A DNA stretch of 52,651 nt from an uncultured Bacillales bacterium (GCA_947168625.1 CAMVMQ010000002.1:1-52651); one strand, 5' to 3'. Positions 1-9,222 are shown, counted from the first letter of the stretch. Translations and numbers: made by a program. The notes: generated by a model from the sequence alone, not told the origin.

Positions 1-20
1 TTTCATATTATAATAGTCCT

Positions 21-1154
21 TTATTTTTTTATGATTGGTTTCTTTTGATATTCTCTTCTAGTAATATTATATCCAGTTAGGAGTGAGTATATTTTAGATA
101 TACGAAGTTCTATATCAAGAGTTAATGATAGATTCTTTTGATAATTAGTAATAATGGGTATGTCTATTTCTTTTTTTATTTTGCTTATATAATCCCTTCC
201 TTTGGAATTAAATCCTAATAATCTTATGTAATCTATGCTAATAAGAGATGCTTCCTCTTTAGTAAAATTTGTTAAAATATGCAAAAGCATTCGAGATATT
301 TTGTTATAAGTATATCTTTTTGTTTTAATTTTAGTAATTAATTCATCATAAGATGAAACTGTATTTATTTCTTTTATCAAACGATTTTCGATGCCTTCAT
401 CAACTGTTTGATACTTATTTAGATTTTTATCTTCTACTAATATTTTATATTTAAGGTAATTGAAACTATTATTTATACCCGTTTTTAATAATATTGATGA
501 TTGATATGGAATATATGGCGAAATATCTTCTTCTTTCTTTAACATTTTTCGAATATGTGATGCTGAAGTTACATTATCTTTAATATCTTCTCCATGATAT
601 GATGTCTTTCTTTGGATATTTAATAATTCGATTGGTAAGGAATCAGCAATTATTTTTTTTATGTAAGATAATGCTAAAAGATCATTTGGTGTACTTATTT
701 CATGGCCTGTGAGGTCAATTAATGCCTTATTTAATGCAGTTGCATAGTTTAATCCGGTCTTTAGATATTTTTGAACAAGATGATTGTACTTATCATTATT
801 TATTTGGATTTCTGCTGATTTTTTTATTTTATCTATTGATTCTGATTCAGTACCAAAAACTAATGTATCTATTTTTAATTTTTCTAGAATAGTTATGGCA
901 CCGTCAGCGAAAATATCTGCTCCTTGTGTTGAATAGACAAATGGAAGTTCTATAGCTATATCTAATCCATTATCTAGGGCTATTTTTACCTTATCCCATT
1001 TATTTAATATGGAAATATCCCCTCTTTGAGTAAAAGAAGATGATATTACTCCAATGATAATACTATCTGGGTATTTTTTCCTTATTTCGTTTATTTGATA
1101 TAAATGACCATTATGAAATGGGTTATATTCTGCTATTAATCCTATTACGTGCAT
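21..1154 (-). CDS. tmcAL: tRNA(Met) cytidine acetate ligase-like nucleotidyltransferase (UPF0348/YlbM family)
   Basis: ORF track 21..1214. The conserved N-terminus starts at the internal Met (MHVIGLIAEYNPFHNGH, an HxGH-type nucleotidyltransferase motif), so the start is moved to ATG 1154. Length of about 377 aa fits the family. Confidence 0.75.
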   Translation of the reverse strand: MHVIGLIAEYNPFHNGHLYQINEIRKKYPDSIIIGVISSSFTQRGDISILNKWDKVKIALDNGLDIAIELPFVYSTQGADIFADGAITILEKLKIDTLVFGTESESIDKIKKSAEIQINNDKYNHLVQKYLKTGLNYATALNKALIDLTGHEISTPNDLLALSYIKKIIADSLPIELLNIQRKTSYHGEDIKDNVTSASHIRKMLKKEEDISPYIPYQSSILLKTGINNSFNYLKYKILVEDKNLNKYQTVDEGIENRLIKEINTVSSYDELITKIKTKRYTYNKISRMLLHILTNFTKEEASLISIDYIRLLGFNSKGRDYISKIKKEIDIPIITNYQKNLSLTLDIELRISKIYSLLTGYNITRREYQKKPIIKK

Positions 1155-1250
1155 TATTATCACCGATAATATAATATCATATTTAGAGCTTTTTTGCATT
1201 GATTTTTTAAGCATTTTATATTATATTTAATATTGTATTAGGAAGTGTGT

Positions 1251-1862
1251 ATGGTAGTTAATAATAAATGGTATAAAGATTATATTGAAGGTGTTGATAT
1301 TAGTAGCACTAATTATTTAAATTTTACAAATGAAGAACTATTAAATTTTTATAGAACTAATTATTATGATATTTATGATGGAGGATTAGTTTCCTCTTAT
1401 GAAGATTCAATTGGATGGCTATCTCCGATTGGAATGTACTTTTTAAATTTTGAAAAAATGGTTGGAATGAAATATGTTTTAGGTATTGCTGATAATAGTA
1501 TTAATAAAAAAACTATTGTATCTGCTTTATGTTATATTGATGATTATATTCTATTTCCTGAACAAATTAAGTATTTGACATATTTATCTACGGTTGAGAC
1601 TAATTATTTTTTTAGAGGTATGGGTCTTCATAAGCAATTGATTGATAATTCATATCAATTTATACCTAAGGACCAAAATATTTTAGTCAGTGAACTATCT
1701 AAATTAGGAATAAAATATCATATCGATATTTTATTAGAAAAGATATATCGTAGTAATGGTTTTAAGATGGATATTAGGTCAGATACTGATTGTTTTAATG
1801 AAGAAAGTTATTTTAATTTTCTTAGAAAAAAGGGAATTGTAAGAGAAAGAACAAAGGATTGA
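1251..1862 (+). CDS. hypothetical protein, possibly GNAT-fold acyltransferase-like
   Basis: ORF 1245..1862. AGGAAG lies 5 nt before ATG 1251. The segment YLSTVETNYFFRGMGLHKQLI resembles GNAT motif A (R/Q-x-x-G-x-G/A). No other recognisable motif. Confidence 0.45.
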   Translation: MVVNNKWYKDYIEGVDISSTNYLNFTNEELLNFYRTNYYDIYDGGLVSSYEDSIGWLSPIGMYFLNFEKMVGMKYVLGIADNSINKKTIVSALCYIDDYILFPEQIKYLTYLSTVETNYFFRGMGLHKQLIDNSYQFIPKDQNILVSELSKLGIKYHIDILLEKIYRSNGFKMDIRSDTDCFNEESYFNFLRKKGIVRERTKD

Positions 1863-1919
1863 TTTGATATTTTATTTTAATGATGATATAATATAAATGT
1901 AGTTTGAGGTGAGTGAAGA

Positions 1920-3944
1920 TTGAAAAAAGGGTTGAATAAAATTAAAAAAAAATTTAAAAAAATTGAACTAAGAAAGATGAAGAAAGAGGTTAGTATATAT
2001 ATTAGAACAAATATTCTTACTATTACTTTCTTAATTGGAAATATAATTAACGGGATTGTGCTTAGATATTTTACTGTAAAAAACTATTTCAATATTAAAC
2101 CAATTCTTGGAGATTTAGTTATTCTATTATTAATCGTGGCTTTTTGTTATTTACTAAAGCCTAAGCATCAGTTTAAATATTATATTGTTTGGTCTTGTAT
2201 TCTTTCTTTTATATGTATTGCAAACTGTGTTTATTATTCTAATTATCTATCATTTATATCTATTTCTTTACTTAAAACTTCTTCTCAACTAAGTGGATAT
2301 ACGGACGCCGTTACTAATATTTTAGAAGTTAAGGATTTTATTTTTTTAATATCAATTATTGTTCTTATTATTGTTCATAAAAAATTAAAGAAAAAAAAAT
2401 ATTATGAAAAAGTTAAAGAAATTGAAGTTGGCAAAATTCGTATATTTATTACATCGTGTCTTATTTTGTTTTTTGGATTAATTTTTTTATCTACTCTTAC
2501 AGGTAAAGATATAAGCAGGCTTAACAAACAATGGGATAGAAGATTTACTGTTATGGAATTTGGTGTATTTACTTATCAAGTAAATGATTTGGTGGCTACA
2601 ATAAGAACTAATATTACTAGTTTATCTAATTCTGATGAGGCATATAATGAATTTTTAAACTATTTTGAGGATAGAAAAGAAGAAAATTTAAAAACTAATA
2701 AATATACAAATATTTTTCAAGGAAAGAATGTGCTTGTTATTCATGCTGAGAGTTTTCAAGGTTTTACAATGAATCTTAAATTTAATGACCTAGAGCTTAC
2801 TCCTAATATGAATAAACTTGCTAAAGAAGGTTTATATTTTTCAAACTTTTACACAGAAGAAAGTATTGGTAATAGTAGTGATTCAGAGTTTAGTATTTTA
2901 ACTTCCCTTTTACCTGCATCTTCTGGTACTGTTTTTGTTAATTATTTTGATAGAAGTTATGTTTCAATAACTGATTTACTTCGTCAAAATGGCTATTATA
3001 CATTCAGTATGCATGGTAATGTAGCAAGTGCTTGGAATAGAAGAAATGCTTATAATTATCTTGGATATGATAAATTTTATGCTTATAAAGATTCTTATGA
3101 TATTGATGAGGTATTAGGCCTTGGATTATCTGATAAATCTTTCTTTAGACAATCTTCTGATATTATAAAGGAAATCGCAGAAAATAATGGCCATTATTAT
3201 GGAACTTTAATTATGCTTACTAATCATACACCTTTTAATTCTTTAATAGATACTGAATACTACGATGACTATCTTGTTGATATTAAAGGGGAATCAGAAA
3301 ATATTCCTTATCTAGAAGGAACAAAAATTGGTAACTTTTTAAAGTGCGTAAATTATGCAGATAGCGCTATTGGAGAATTTATAAATGAATTAGATGAAAG
3401 AGGATTACTTGATAATACGGTTATTGTTATTTATGGTGATCATGATAGTAAGATTAAAAAAAGTGAATTTGAAAAACTTTATTATAATGAGTATATTAAC
3501 GATGTTTCTATTGATGAAAGTAAAAAAATATCTGTTGTTGATAATTTTACATATGAGATAAATAGAAAAGTACCATTTATTATATGGACTAAGGATATGG
3601 CTGGTACTGAATATAATGAAGAGATTACTAAGGTAATGGGTATTATTGATGTTATGCCTACTTTAGGTAATATGCTTGGTGTAAGAAATGATTTTGCACT
3701 TGGGCATGATATATTTAATATTGATGAAAATATTGTTGTTTTTCCTGATGGTAGTTTTATTACTGATAAAGTCTACTACGATGGTTCTTCAGAAGAATAT
3801 AGACAGCTTGAAATTAATTCTGGAGTTAGCTTAGAATATTTAAAAAATAATTCAGATTATGCTAATAAAATATTATCAATATCAAGTAATATAATCACTC
3901 ATGATTTTATAAAAAAATATTTTAAAGAAAAAAATTTAAATTAA
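1920..3944 (+). CDS. ltaS: LTA synthase family protein (polytopic N-terminus plus extracellular sulfatase-like domain)
   Basis: About five N-terminal hydrophobic helices are followed by an alkaline-phosphatase/sulfatase-type domain (VLVIHAESFQGF, MLTNHTPF, VIVIYGDHD). GAGGTGA lies 8 nt before TTG 1920. Confidence 0.8.
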   Translation: MKKGLNKIKKKFKKIELRKMKKEVSIYIRTNILTITFLIGNIINGIVLRYFTVKNYFNIKPILGDLVILLLIVAFCYLLKPKHQFKYYIVWSCILSFICIANCVYYSNYLSFISISLLKTSSQLSGYTDAVTNILEVKDFIFLISIIVLIIVHKKLKKKKYYEKVKEIEVGKIRIFITSCLILFFGLIFLSTLTGKDISRLNKQWDRRFTVMEFGVFTYQVNDLVATIRTNITSLSNSDEAYNEFLNYFEDRKEENLKTNKYTNIFQGKNVLVIHAESFQGFTMNLKFNDLELTPNMNKLAKEGLYFSNFYTEESIGNSSDSEFSILTSLLPASSGTVFVNYFDRSYVSITDLLRQNGYYTFSMHGNVASAWNRRNAYNYLGYDKFYAYKDSYDIDEVLGLGLSDKSFFRQSSDIIKEIAENNGHYYGTLIMLTNHTPFNSLIDTEYYDDYLVDIKGESENIPYLEGTKIGNFLKCVNYADSAIGEFINELDERGLLDNTVIVIYGDHDSKIKKSEFEKLYYNEYINDVSIDESKKISVVDNFTYEINRKVPFIIWTKDMAGTEYNEEITKVMGIIDVMPTLGNMLGVRNDFALGHDIFNIDENIVVFPDGSFITDKVYYDGSSEEYRQLEINSGVSLEYLKNNSDYANKILSISSNIITHDFIKKYFKEKNLN

Positions 3945-3970
3945 ATGCCACTTTTTGTGGTATTTTTTTT
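3945..3970 (+). terminator. rho-independent terminator after ltaS
   Basis: Hairpin ATGCCAC-TTTTT-GTGGTAT followed by a run of 7 T. Confidence 0.6.
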
Positions 3971-4012
3971 AATTATTTGCTATAATTTATTTAGAATAGG
4001 AGTAGGGTTATT

Positions 4013-5773
4013 ATGTTTAAGGAGATTATTACAATAAGCAAGACTTATGCTATATGTAAAATTGATAATGTTATTAATGATGACTTACTTAATTTGAATG
4101 TTGTTTTTGAAGAAAATAACAAGAAAATTCTAGGTGAGATTGAGGAAATTATTTCTGATGAAGTTAAAATTACTTTTTTGGGAGAATTTCTTGAAGGAAA
4201 ATATTATGATGGTATTATTAGAAAACCAAGTACTAATTCAAAAATTAGAATTATTAATAATGAAGAATTAGCAGAATTAACAAACTATAATGATCCTATG
4301 GCAATGATACTTGGACTTTCTCCTTTGTATAATAATAGTCCTATTAAAATTAATATTAATGATATGTGGAGTAATCATATTGCGATTTTCGGAAATACTG
4401 GTTCTGGTAAGACATATGGTGTAGCTAGATTAATTCAAAATTTATTTAATATGAAAAATTTTATTCCTTTTAATAGTGTATTTTTTATTTTTAATAATAC
4501 TAATGAGTATGATAATGCATTTAAAGATATCGGAAACTATAATTTTAATTTTCATTATAAAATGTATACTAGTAATCTGGATAATGAAGCAAATATTTTG
4601 AAATTACCTCTATGGCTTTTATCAGTTGATGATTATGCTAATATTCTTGATATTACTGAGTATTCTCAAATTATGATTATTGAAAAAATGCTTATTTATG
4701 TATCTTTATTTTCAAGAAATGATGAAGAATCTAATAAATATAAAAATCATCTTATTGCAAAGGCTATTATATCCGTTATGTATTCAAATCAGGTTTCTGC
4801 AAGAATTCGAGACCAAATTTTCTCAATACTTACTTCTTGTCATACGAAGGAATTAAACTTAGATGTTGAGGTTGAAGGTGTTGGATATACTAGGGAATTT
4901 AGAAAATGCTTTGATATTGATAGTCAAGGACAATTTGTAGAAAGAGTTCTAATTACTGATTACATAAAGAGGTTTGTGTTAGAAAATTCTAATTTGAATG
5001 AAGAATATGTACCTACTTATTTTACTATTGATGATTTAGAAGTAGCTCTTAATTTTACTTTAATTAGTGAAGGACTTCTTTTAAATGAAAAATCTTATAA
5101 TGAGGCTTTAGCCTTAAAGGTTAAACTTCATATGATTGCTAATTCTTCTCTCCGCTCTTATTTCGATGTTAATAATTATTTTACTATAAATGAATACGTT
5201 TCTAATTTAATACTTGTTGATAACAATAAAAGAGCGCAGATTATAAATTTTGTGCTTGAGGGTATTGATGATAGATTTAGCAAGGCCATAGTTAAAGTTT
5301 TCAGTAGACTTTTGTTTAATTTTATTAAAGACCTACCTAATAGAGGTTCTATGCCTATACATATAATGCTTGAAGAGGCACATAGATATGTTCAAAAGGA
5401 TAAAGATAATGATATTCTTGGTTATAATATATTTGAAAGAATAGCTAAGGAAGGAAGAAAATTTGGTGTAATAATGGATTTAATTACCCAGAGACCAACA
5501 GAACTATCAGAAAATGTATTATCTCAGTGTAGTAACTTTCTTATTTTTAAGATTAACCATCCTAGTGATTTAGAATACATTGAGAAGATGGTTCCTAATG
5601 TTAGTTCAGATGTTATTGAAAAACAGAAATCTCTTCAATCAGGTACTTGTGTAGCTTTTGGAAAAATGATGAAAATACCTATGATTGTAAAAATGCAAAT
5701 ACCAAACCCTACTCCTTCTTCATCAAATGCCCAAATATTTGAAAAGTGGATGGTTCAGTGGAAAAATAGTTAG
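4013..5773 (+). CDS. HerA-like (DUF87/COG0433) P-loop ATPase
   Basis: N-terminal barrel-like region, Walker A IFGNTGSGKTYG, Walker B HIMLEEAHRYV, and the HerA-type segment GRKFGVIMDLITQRPTELSENVLSQCSNFLIFKINHPSD. Confidence 0.8.
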   Translation: MFKEIITISKTYAICKIDNVINDDLLNLNVVFEENNKKILGEIEEIISDEVKITFLGEFLEGKYYDGIIRKPSTNSKIRIINNEELAELTNYNDPMAMILGLSPLYNNSPIKININDMWSNHIAIFGNTGSGKTYGVARLIQNLFNMKNFIPFNSVFFIFNNTNEYDNAFKDIGNYNFNFHYKMYTSNLDNEANILKLPLWLLSVDDYANILDITEYSQIMIIEKMLIYVSLFSRNDEESNKYKNHLIAKAIISVMYSNQVSARIRDQIFSILTSCHTKELNLDVEVEGVGYTREFRKCFDIDSQGQFVERVLITDYIKRFVLENSNLNEEYVPTYFTIDDLEVALNFTLISEGLLLNEKSYNEALALKVKLHMIANSSLRSYFDVNNYFTINEYVSNLILVDNNKRAQIINFVLEGIDDRFSKAIVKVFSRLLFNFIKDLPNRGSMPIHIMLEEAHRYVQKDKDNDILGYNIFERIAKEGRKFGVIMDLITQRPTELSENVLSQCSNFLIFKINHPSDLEYIEKMVPNVSSDVIEKQKSLQSGTCVAFGKMMKIPMIVKMQIPNPTPSSSNAQIFEKWMVQWKNS

Positions 5774-5774
5774 A

Positions 5775-5801
5775 AAAAAGCCTTATAAAAATGGCTTTTT
5801 T
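5775..5801 (+). terminator. rho-independent terminator after the HerA-like gene
   Basis: AAAAAGCC-loop-GGCTTTTT hairpin with a T tail directly after stop codon 5771..5773. Confidence 0.6.
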
Positions 5802-5806
5802 ATTAT

Positions 5807-5938
5807 TTATCAACTTTATCAACATGGCTGTGGAAAAAAATAATAAACAACTGTTGAAAGAAAAAAAAACTAATATGTTGATATGTCGGACAATTGCTTA
5901 TAATATAATGATTTAAATTGTTGATATATTGTTGATAA
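5807..5938. promoter_or_regulatory. oriC upstream half: DnaA-box cluster upstream of dnaA
   Basis: 9-mers close to TTATCCACA: TTATCAACT 5807, TTATCAACA 5816, TGTGGAAAA 5829, TGTTGATAT 5876, TGTTGATAT 5919, TGTTGATAA 5930. They lie in non-coding DNA immediately 5' of dnaA. Confidence 0.7.
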
Positions 5939-6038
5939 ATTGTTAAAATACTTGTTTATAAAAAAATAGTACTGGACAAATTAATTTTTTGCGATATAAT
6001 AAAGTTAAATGAAATCTTGAGGTAGGGAGGTTTTGCTC

Positions 6039-7400
6039 ATGAATACAGAAGTTCTTTGGAATAATTTTCTTGATAAAATAAAAGAACGCATATCCCCTTT
6101 ATCTTATGATACATGGTTTAAAGATACTAAGCTACATAGTATTGATAATGGATTAGCTACTATAATAGTTCCTATGGGACTTCATAAAAAGCATTTGGAA
6201 GAAAACTATTTAGACGACATTGAGGAAGTATTTAATGCAATTACGGGTACTAATTTTTCTTTCACTTTCAAATTAGAAAATGAACTGGATAATAAAGAAG
6301 CGTGTAATATTGATAATTTGTCAACAGAAACTGTTGGTGTACCTTTTCAAAGTAGTGTTTTAGCAAATCTGAATGATAAATATACTTTTGATAATTTTAT
6401 GGTTGGTGACTCTAATAGATTTGCCTTTACTGCTGCTAGAGCGGTAGCAGAAAAACCTGGTAAAGCATATAATCCACTATTTTTATATGGTAATAGTGGT
6501 CTTGGTAAAACACATTTAATGCATGCCATTGGAAATTATATAATAGAAAATTCCAATAAAAAAGTTTTATATGTATCCAGTGAACAATTTGTTAATGATT
6601 ATATTTATGCAGTTAGAAATAATGAGAAAAATAATTTTGAAAAAATTGATTTATTTAAGAGTAAATATCGTAATGTTGATGTTTTGATTATTGATGATAT
6701 TCAATTTTTAGGTTCTGCTACTAAAGGTCAAGAAGAATTTTTTCATACATTTAATGAATTACATGACTCTAATAAACAAATAATTATAGCTTCAGACAGA
6801 TCTGTTGATGATTTAAAGATGCTAGAAGATAGACTTAGAACCCGATTTAATTGGGGACTTACGGCCAATATAACTCCTCCAGATTTCGAGCTGAGGGTTA
6901 GTATTATTAAAAAGAAAATATCACATCAGGAATCTGCTAAAGATATTCCTATTGAAGTTATTGAATACATCGCTAATATTAATGATTCTGATGTAAGACA
7001 ACTTGAGGGAGCTATTACCAGGGTATTTGCTTATGCACTTATGATGAATAAGGGAATTGTTACTCTAGATATTGCTGTGGAAGCTTTAAAAGATCGAGTG
7101 AGTGAGAAGAGTGTCTTTAAGAATGATGTTCATCGAATACAAAGAATTGTTTGTGAATATTTTAAAATTGACATAGAAGAATTAAAGGGAAAAAAGAAAA
7201 GTAAAGATGTCAACTATCCTAGACAAATTGCTATATATTTGTGTAGAGAATTAACAAATGAATCTTTTCCTAAAATGGGGACCTATTTTGGTGGGAGAGA
7301 TCATTCTACAATTATTAGTGCTTACCAAAAAATTAAGAAAGATTTAAAGACTAATAATCAACTACAAACAGTTATCTCAGAATTAAAAAATAGAATATAG
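6039..7400 (+). CDS. dnaA: chromosomal replication initiator protein DnaA
   Basis: Walker A GNSGLGKTHL, IIDDIQFL box, C-terminal DNA-binding region (YPRQIAIYLCRELT, FGGRDHSTIISAYQKI). SD GGTAGGGAGG sits about 8 nt before ATG 6039. The ORF track TTG 6033 is less likely. Confidence 0.97.
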   Translation: MNTEVLWNNFLDKIKERISPLSYDTWFKDTKLHSIDNGLATIIVPMGLHKKHLEENYLDDIEEVFNAITGTNFSFTFKLENELDNKEACNIDNLSTETVGVPFQSSVLANLNDKYTFDNFMVGDSNRFAFTAARAVAEKPGKAYNPLFLYGNSGLGKTHLMHAIGNYIIENSNKKVLYVSSEQFVNDYIYAVRNNEKNNFEKIDLFKSKYRNVDVLIIDDIQFLGSATKGQEEFFHTFNELHDSNKQIIIASDRSVDDLKMLEDRLRTRFNWGLTANITPPDFELRVSIIKKKISHQESAKDIPIEVIEYIANINDSDVRQLEGAITRVFAYALMMNKGIVTLDIAVEALKDRVSEKSVFKNDVHRIQRIVCEYFKIDIEELKGKKKSKDVNYPRQIAIYLCRELTNESFPKMGTYFGGRDHSTIISAYQKIKKDLKTNNQLQTVISELKNRI

Positions 7401-7513
7401 TGGATAAAAATGTAAATATCCACAGGTGTTGTTGATAAAAAAATGGTGTAAAATAAGACTTTACTTAAGATTTACACACTATCAACAGTATAATAATAAT
7501 AATTAATAAAAAA
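7399..7513. promoter_or_regulatory. oriC downstream half: DnaA boxes plus AT-rich putative unwinding region
   Basis: AGTGGATAA 7399, ATATCCACA 7416, TGTTGATAA 7430, CTATCAACA 7479. These are followed by GTATAATAATAATAATTAATAAAAAA, which contains a (TAA)4 run. Position between dnaA and dnaN matches the Bacillus incC. Confidence 0.65.
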
Positions 7514-7528
7514 GGAAGGATGATAAAA

Positions 7529-8644
7529 ATGAAATTTATTGTAAAGAAAGAAATATTATTAGAAAGTTTAACTAATACATCAAAAGCAATTTCTACGAGG
7601 AATTTAATACCAATTCTAACTGGTATTAAATTTGATTTAAAAAAAGATGGACTATATTTATATGCTAGTGATACTGATGTATCAATAAGAACATATATAC
7701 CTACGGAAAAGCTTACTAGTTTTGATGAAGAGGGTAGTGTTGTAATTGGTGGTAAGTATATTGTTGAAATAATCAGAAAATTACCGGATGTTGACATTAC
7801 GATAGAAGTAATAGATGGGTATAAAATGATAGTTAGTACAAGTAATACAGAATTTGTTTTAAATGGTATTGACCCTAATGAATTTCCTAATTTGGATTTA
7901 GATGAAACTAAAGAACCTATTCTTATAAATGTTGGCTTGTTCAAGGAAATAATTAATCAGACTGTTTTTGCAATTTCGCAAAATGAAACTAGACCATTAC
8001 TTACTGGTGTTAGCTTTAATTTTAATGATAATAAGCTTGAAGTAATAGCTACAGATTCTTATAGGCTTGCTCAAAAAGTTGTAGATATTGATCATAATAT
8101 TGATAATGAAGTAAATTTAGTTATCCCAGGTAAGAATTTAATAGAACTAATTAAAATGCTTGATGATGAAAATGAAAATGTTGAATTACATTTATTTAAT
8201 AATAAAGTATTATTTAAATATAAAAGTTTGGTCTTTTTAACAAGACTATTAAGTGGTACTTATCCGACAAGTTCAAATGTTATACCTAGTGAATTTGATA
8301 TAGAATTTGAGTGTTCTTTTATGGATTTATATAGTATGATTGATAGGGCTTCTCTTTTGACTTCTGATAGAGAAAAAAATACTATTAATCTATCACTTGC
8401 AAAAAAGGAACTTATTATATCTTCTAATTCTCCTGAAATCGGTAAAGTTGAGGAGAAAATGAGTATAGATTATGATAAAGAAATAAATATTTCATTTAGT
8501 TCAAAATTTATGTTAGAGGCTATTAAAAGCTTTAATAAGGATAAAATAATGCTTTGTATGAATAATGATATTTCTCCTATTATTATTCGAAATAAAGAAG
8601 ATAATACGCTTACTCAATTAGTACTTCCAATAAAAACTAATTAA
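7529..8644 (+). CDS. dnaN: DNA polymerase III beta sliding clamp
   Basis: Position after dnaA, 371 aa, N-terminus MKFIVKKEILLESL, three-domain length, C-terminal LVLPIK. AAGGAAGG SD favours ATG 7529 over ATG 7520. Confidence 0.95.
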   Translation: MKFIVKKEILLESLTNTSKAISTRNLIPILTGIKFDLKKDGLYLYASDTDVSIRTYIPTEKLTSFDEEGSVVIGGKYIVEIIRKLPDVDITIEVIDGYKMIVSTSNTEFVLNGIDPNEFPNLDLDETKEPILINVGLFKEIINQTVFAISQNETRPLLTGVSFNFNDNKLEVIATDSYRLAQKVVDIDHNIDNEVNLVIPGKNLIELIKMLDDENENVELHLFNNKVLFKYKSLVFLTRLLSGTYPTSSNVIPSEFDIEFECSFMDLYSMIDRASLLTSDREKNTINLSLAKKELIISSNSPEIGKVEEKMSIDYDKEINISFSSKFMLEAIKSFNKDKIMLCMNNDISPIIIRNKEDNTLTQLVLPIKTN

Positions 8645-8651
8645 TTAAAAG

Positions 8652-8671
8652 ACTGCAAAATGCAGTTTTTT
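8652..8671 (+). terminator. rho-independent terminator after dnaN
   Basis: ACTGCA-AAA-TGCAGT hairpin plus T run. Confidence 0.6.
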
Positions 8672-8678
8672 CTTTTAT

Positions 8679-8705
8679 TTCGACAAAATTCGACATTTTT
8701 TGACA
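8679..8705 (+). promoter_or_regulatory. three direct TT(C)GACA repeats in 10-bp register upstream of the ComK-like gene
   Basis: TTCGACA 8679, TTCGACA 8689, TTGACA 8700. GACA recurs at exactly 10-bp spacing. The last copy could double as a -35 element. Confidence 0.35.
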
Positions 8706-8747
8706 TTATTTTGTGGTTTAATAGCTGTCAAGAAAGGGGGGAGGTAA

Positions 8748-9209
8748 ATGCAAGATTATATTTTGAATACAGATGTGTTATGTTTTACTCAGGATGTTGA
8801 TAATGATAAAAATATTTTGGTTATTGAAAAGAAAAATAAAAATGTTATTAAAATGGATTGCTTTAAATTTTTAAAAAGAAGTTGTAGTTACTATGGTCAT
8901 TCATATAAAATGCAGAGACAATTTGTTATCGACATTTTCAATTATTATATAAAAACACCTATTATAGTGTCTGAGTATGATATGATTATATTCTTTCCTA
9001 CAGCTAGTCCTAAATCTAAGGAATGTATATGGATTTCTTATAATAATGTCGAGAGATATGTAAAAGAAGATAATTATACTAAAATTTATTTTAAAGGTGG
9101 AAAAATTCTAAATATTAGTACTTCATATAGTACTATCGATCATCAGATTACAAAATGTATTAGGATTGAGAAATTTTTAAATTCAATTAGAGTAAAAAAT
9201 TATAGCTAA
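8748..9209 (+). CDS. ComK-family (competence transcription factor-like) protein, C-terminally short
   Basis: It aligns by eye to the B. subtilis ComK core: RSCSYYGHSY vs RSCRFFGSSY, KTPIIVS vs KPPIMVD, IIFFPTASPKSKECIWIS vs IFLFPTLSSTRPQCGWIS, and a SY..Q motif. Strong SD GGGGGGAGG upstream. Confidence 0.65.
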   Translation: MQDYILNTDVLCFTQDVDNDKNILVIEKKNKNVIKMDCFKFLKRSCSYYGHSYKMQRQFVIDIFNYYIKTPIIVSEYDMIIFFPTASPKSKECIWISYNNVERYVKEDNYTKIYFKGGKILNISTSYSTIDHQITKCIRIEKFLNSIRVKNYS

Positions 9210-9222
9210 TTACTTATTTTAT

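Noticed and set aside
7465-7944. 159-aa minus-strand ORF antisense to dnaN. Similar antisense or off-frame ORFs occur at 6347..6529, 9478..9669, 12789..12983, 13151..13354, 14170..14409, 14491..14715, 16227..16415, 16337..16582, 17690..17908, 17956..18162, 19184..19366, 19198..19395, 29458..29661, 31668..31994, 34004..34213, 34729..34929, 35105..35350, 36290..36499, 36741..36944, 38144..38485, 40312..40545, 45171..45365, 47245..47529 and 50384..50581.
   Set aside because: All lie wholly inside strongly supported conserved genes. They have low-complexity Ile/Leu/Ser/Phe-rich translations typical of AT-rich antisense frames, and they lack SD sequences.
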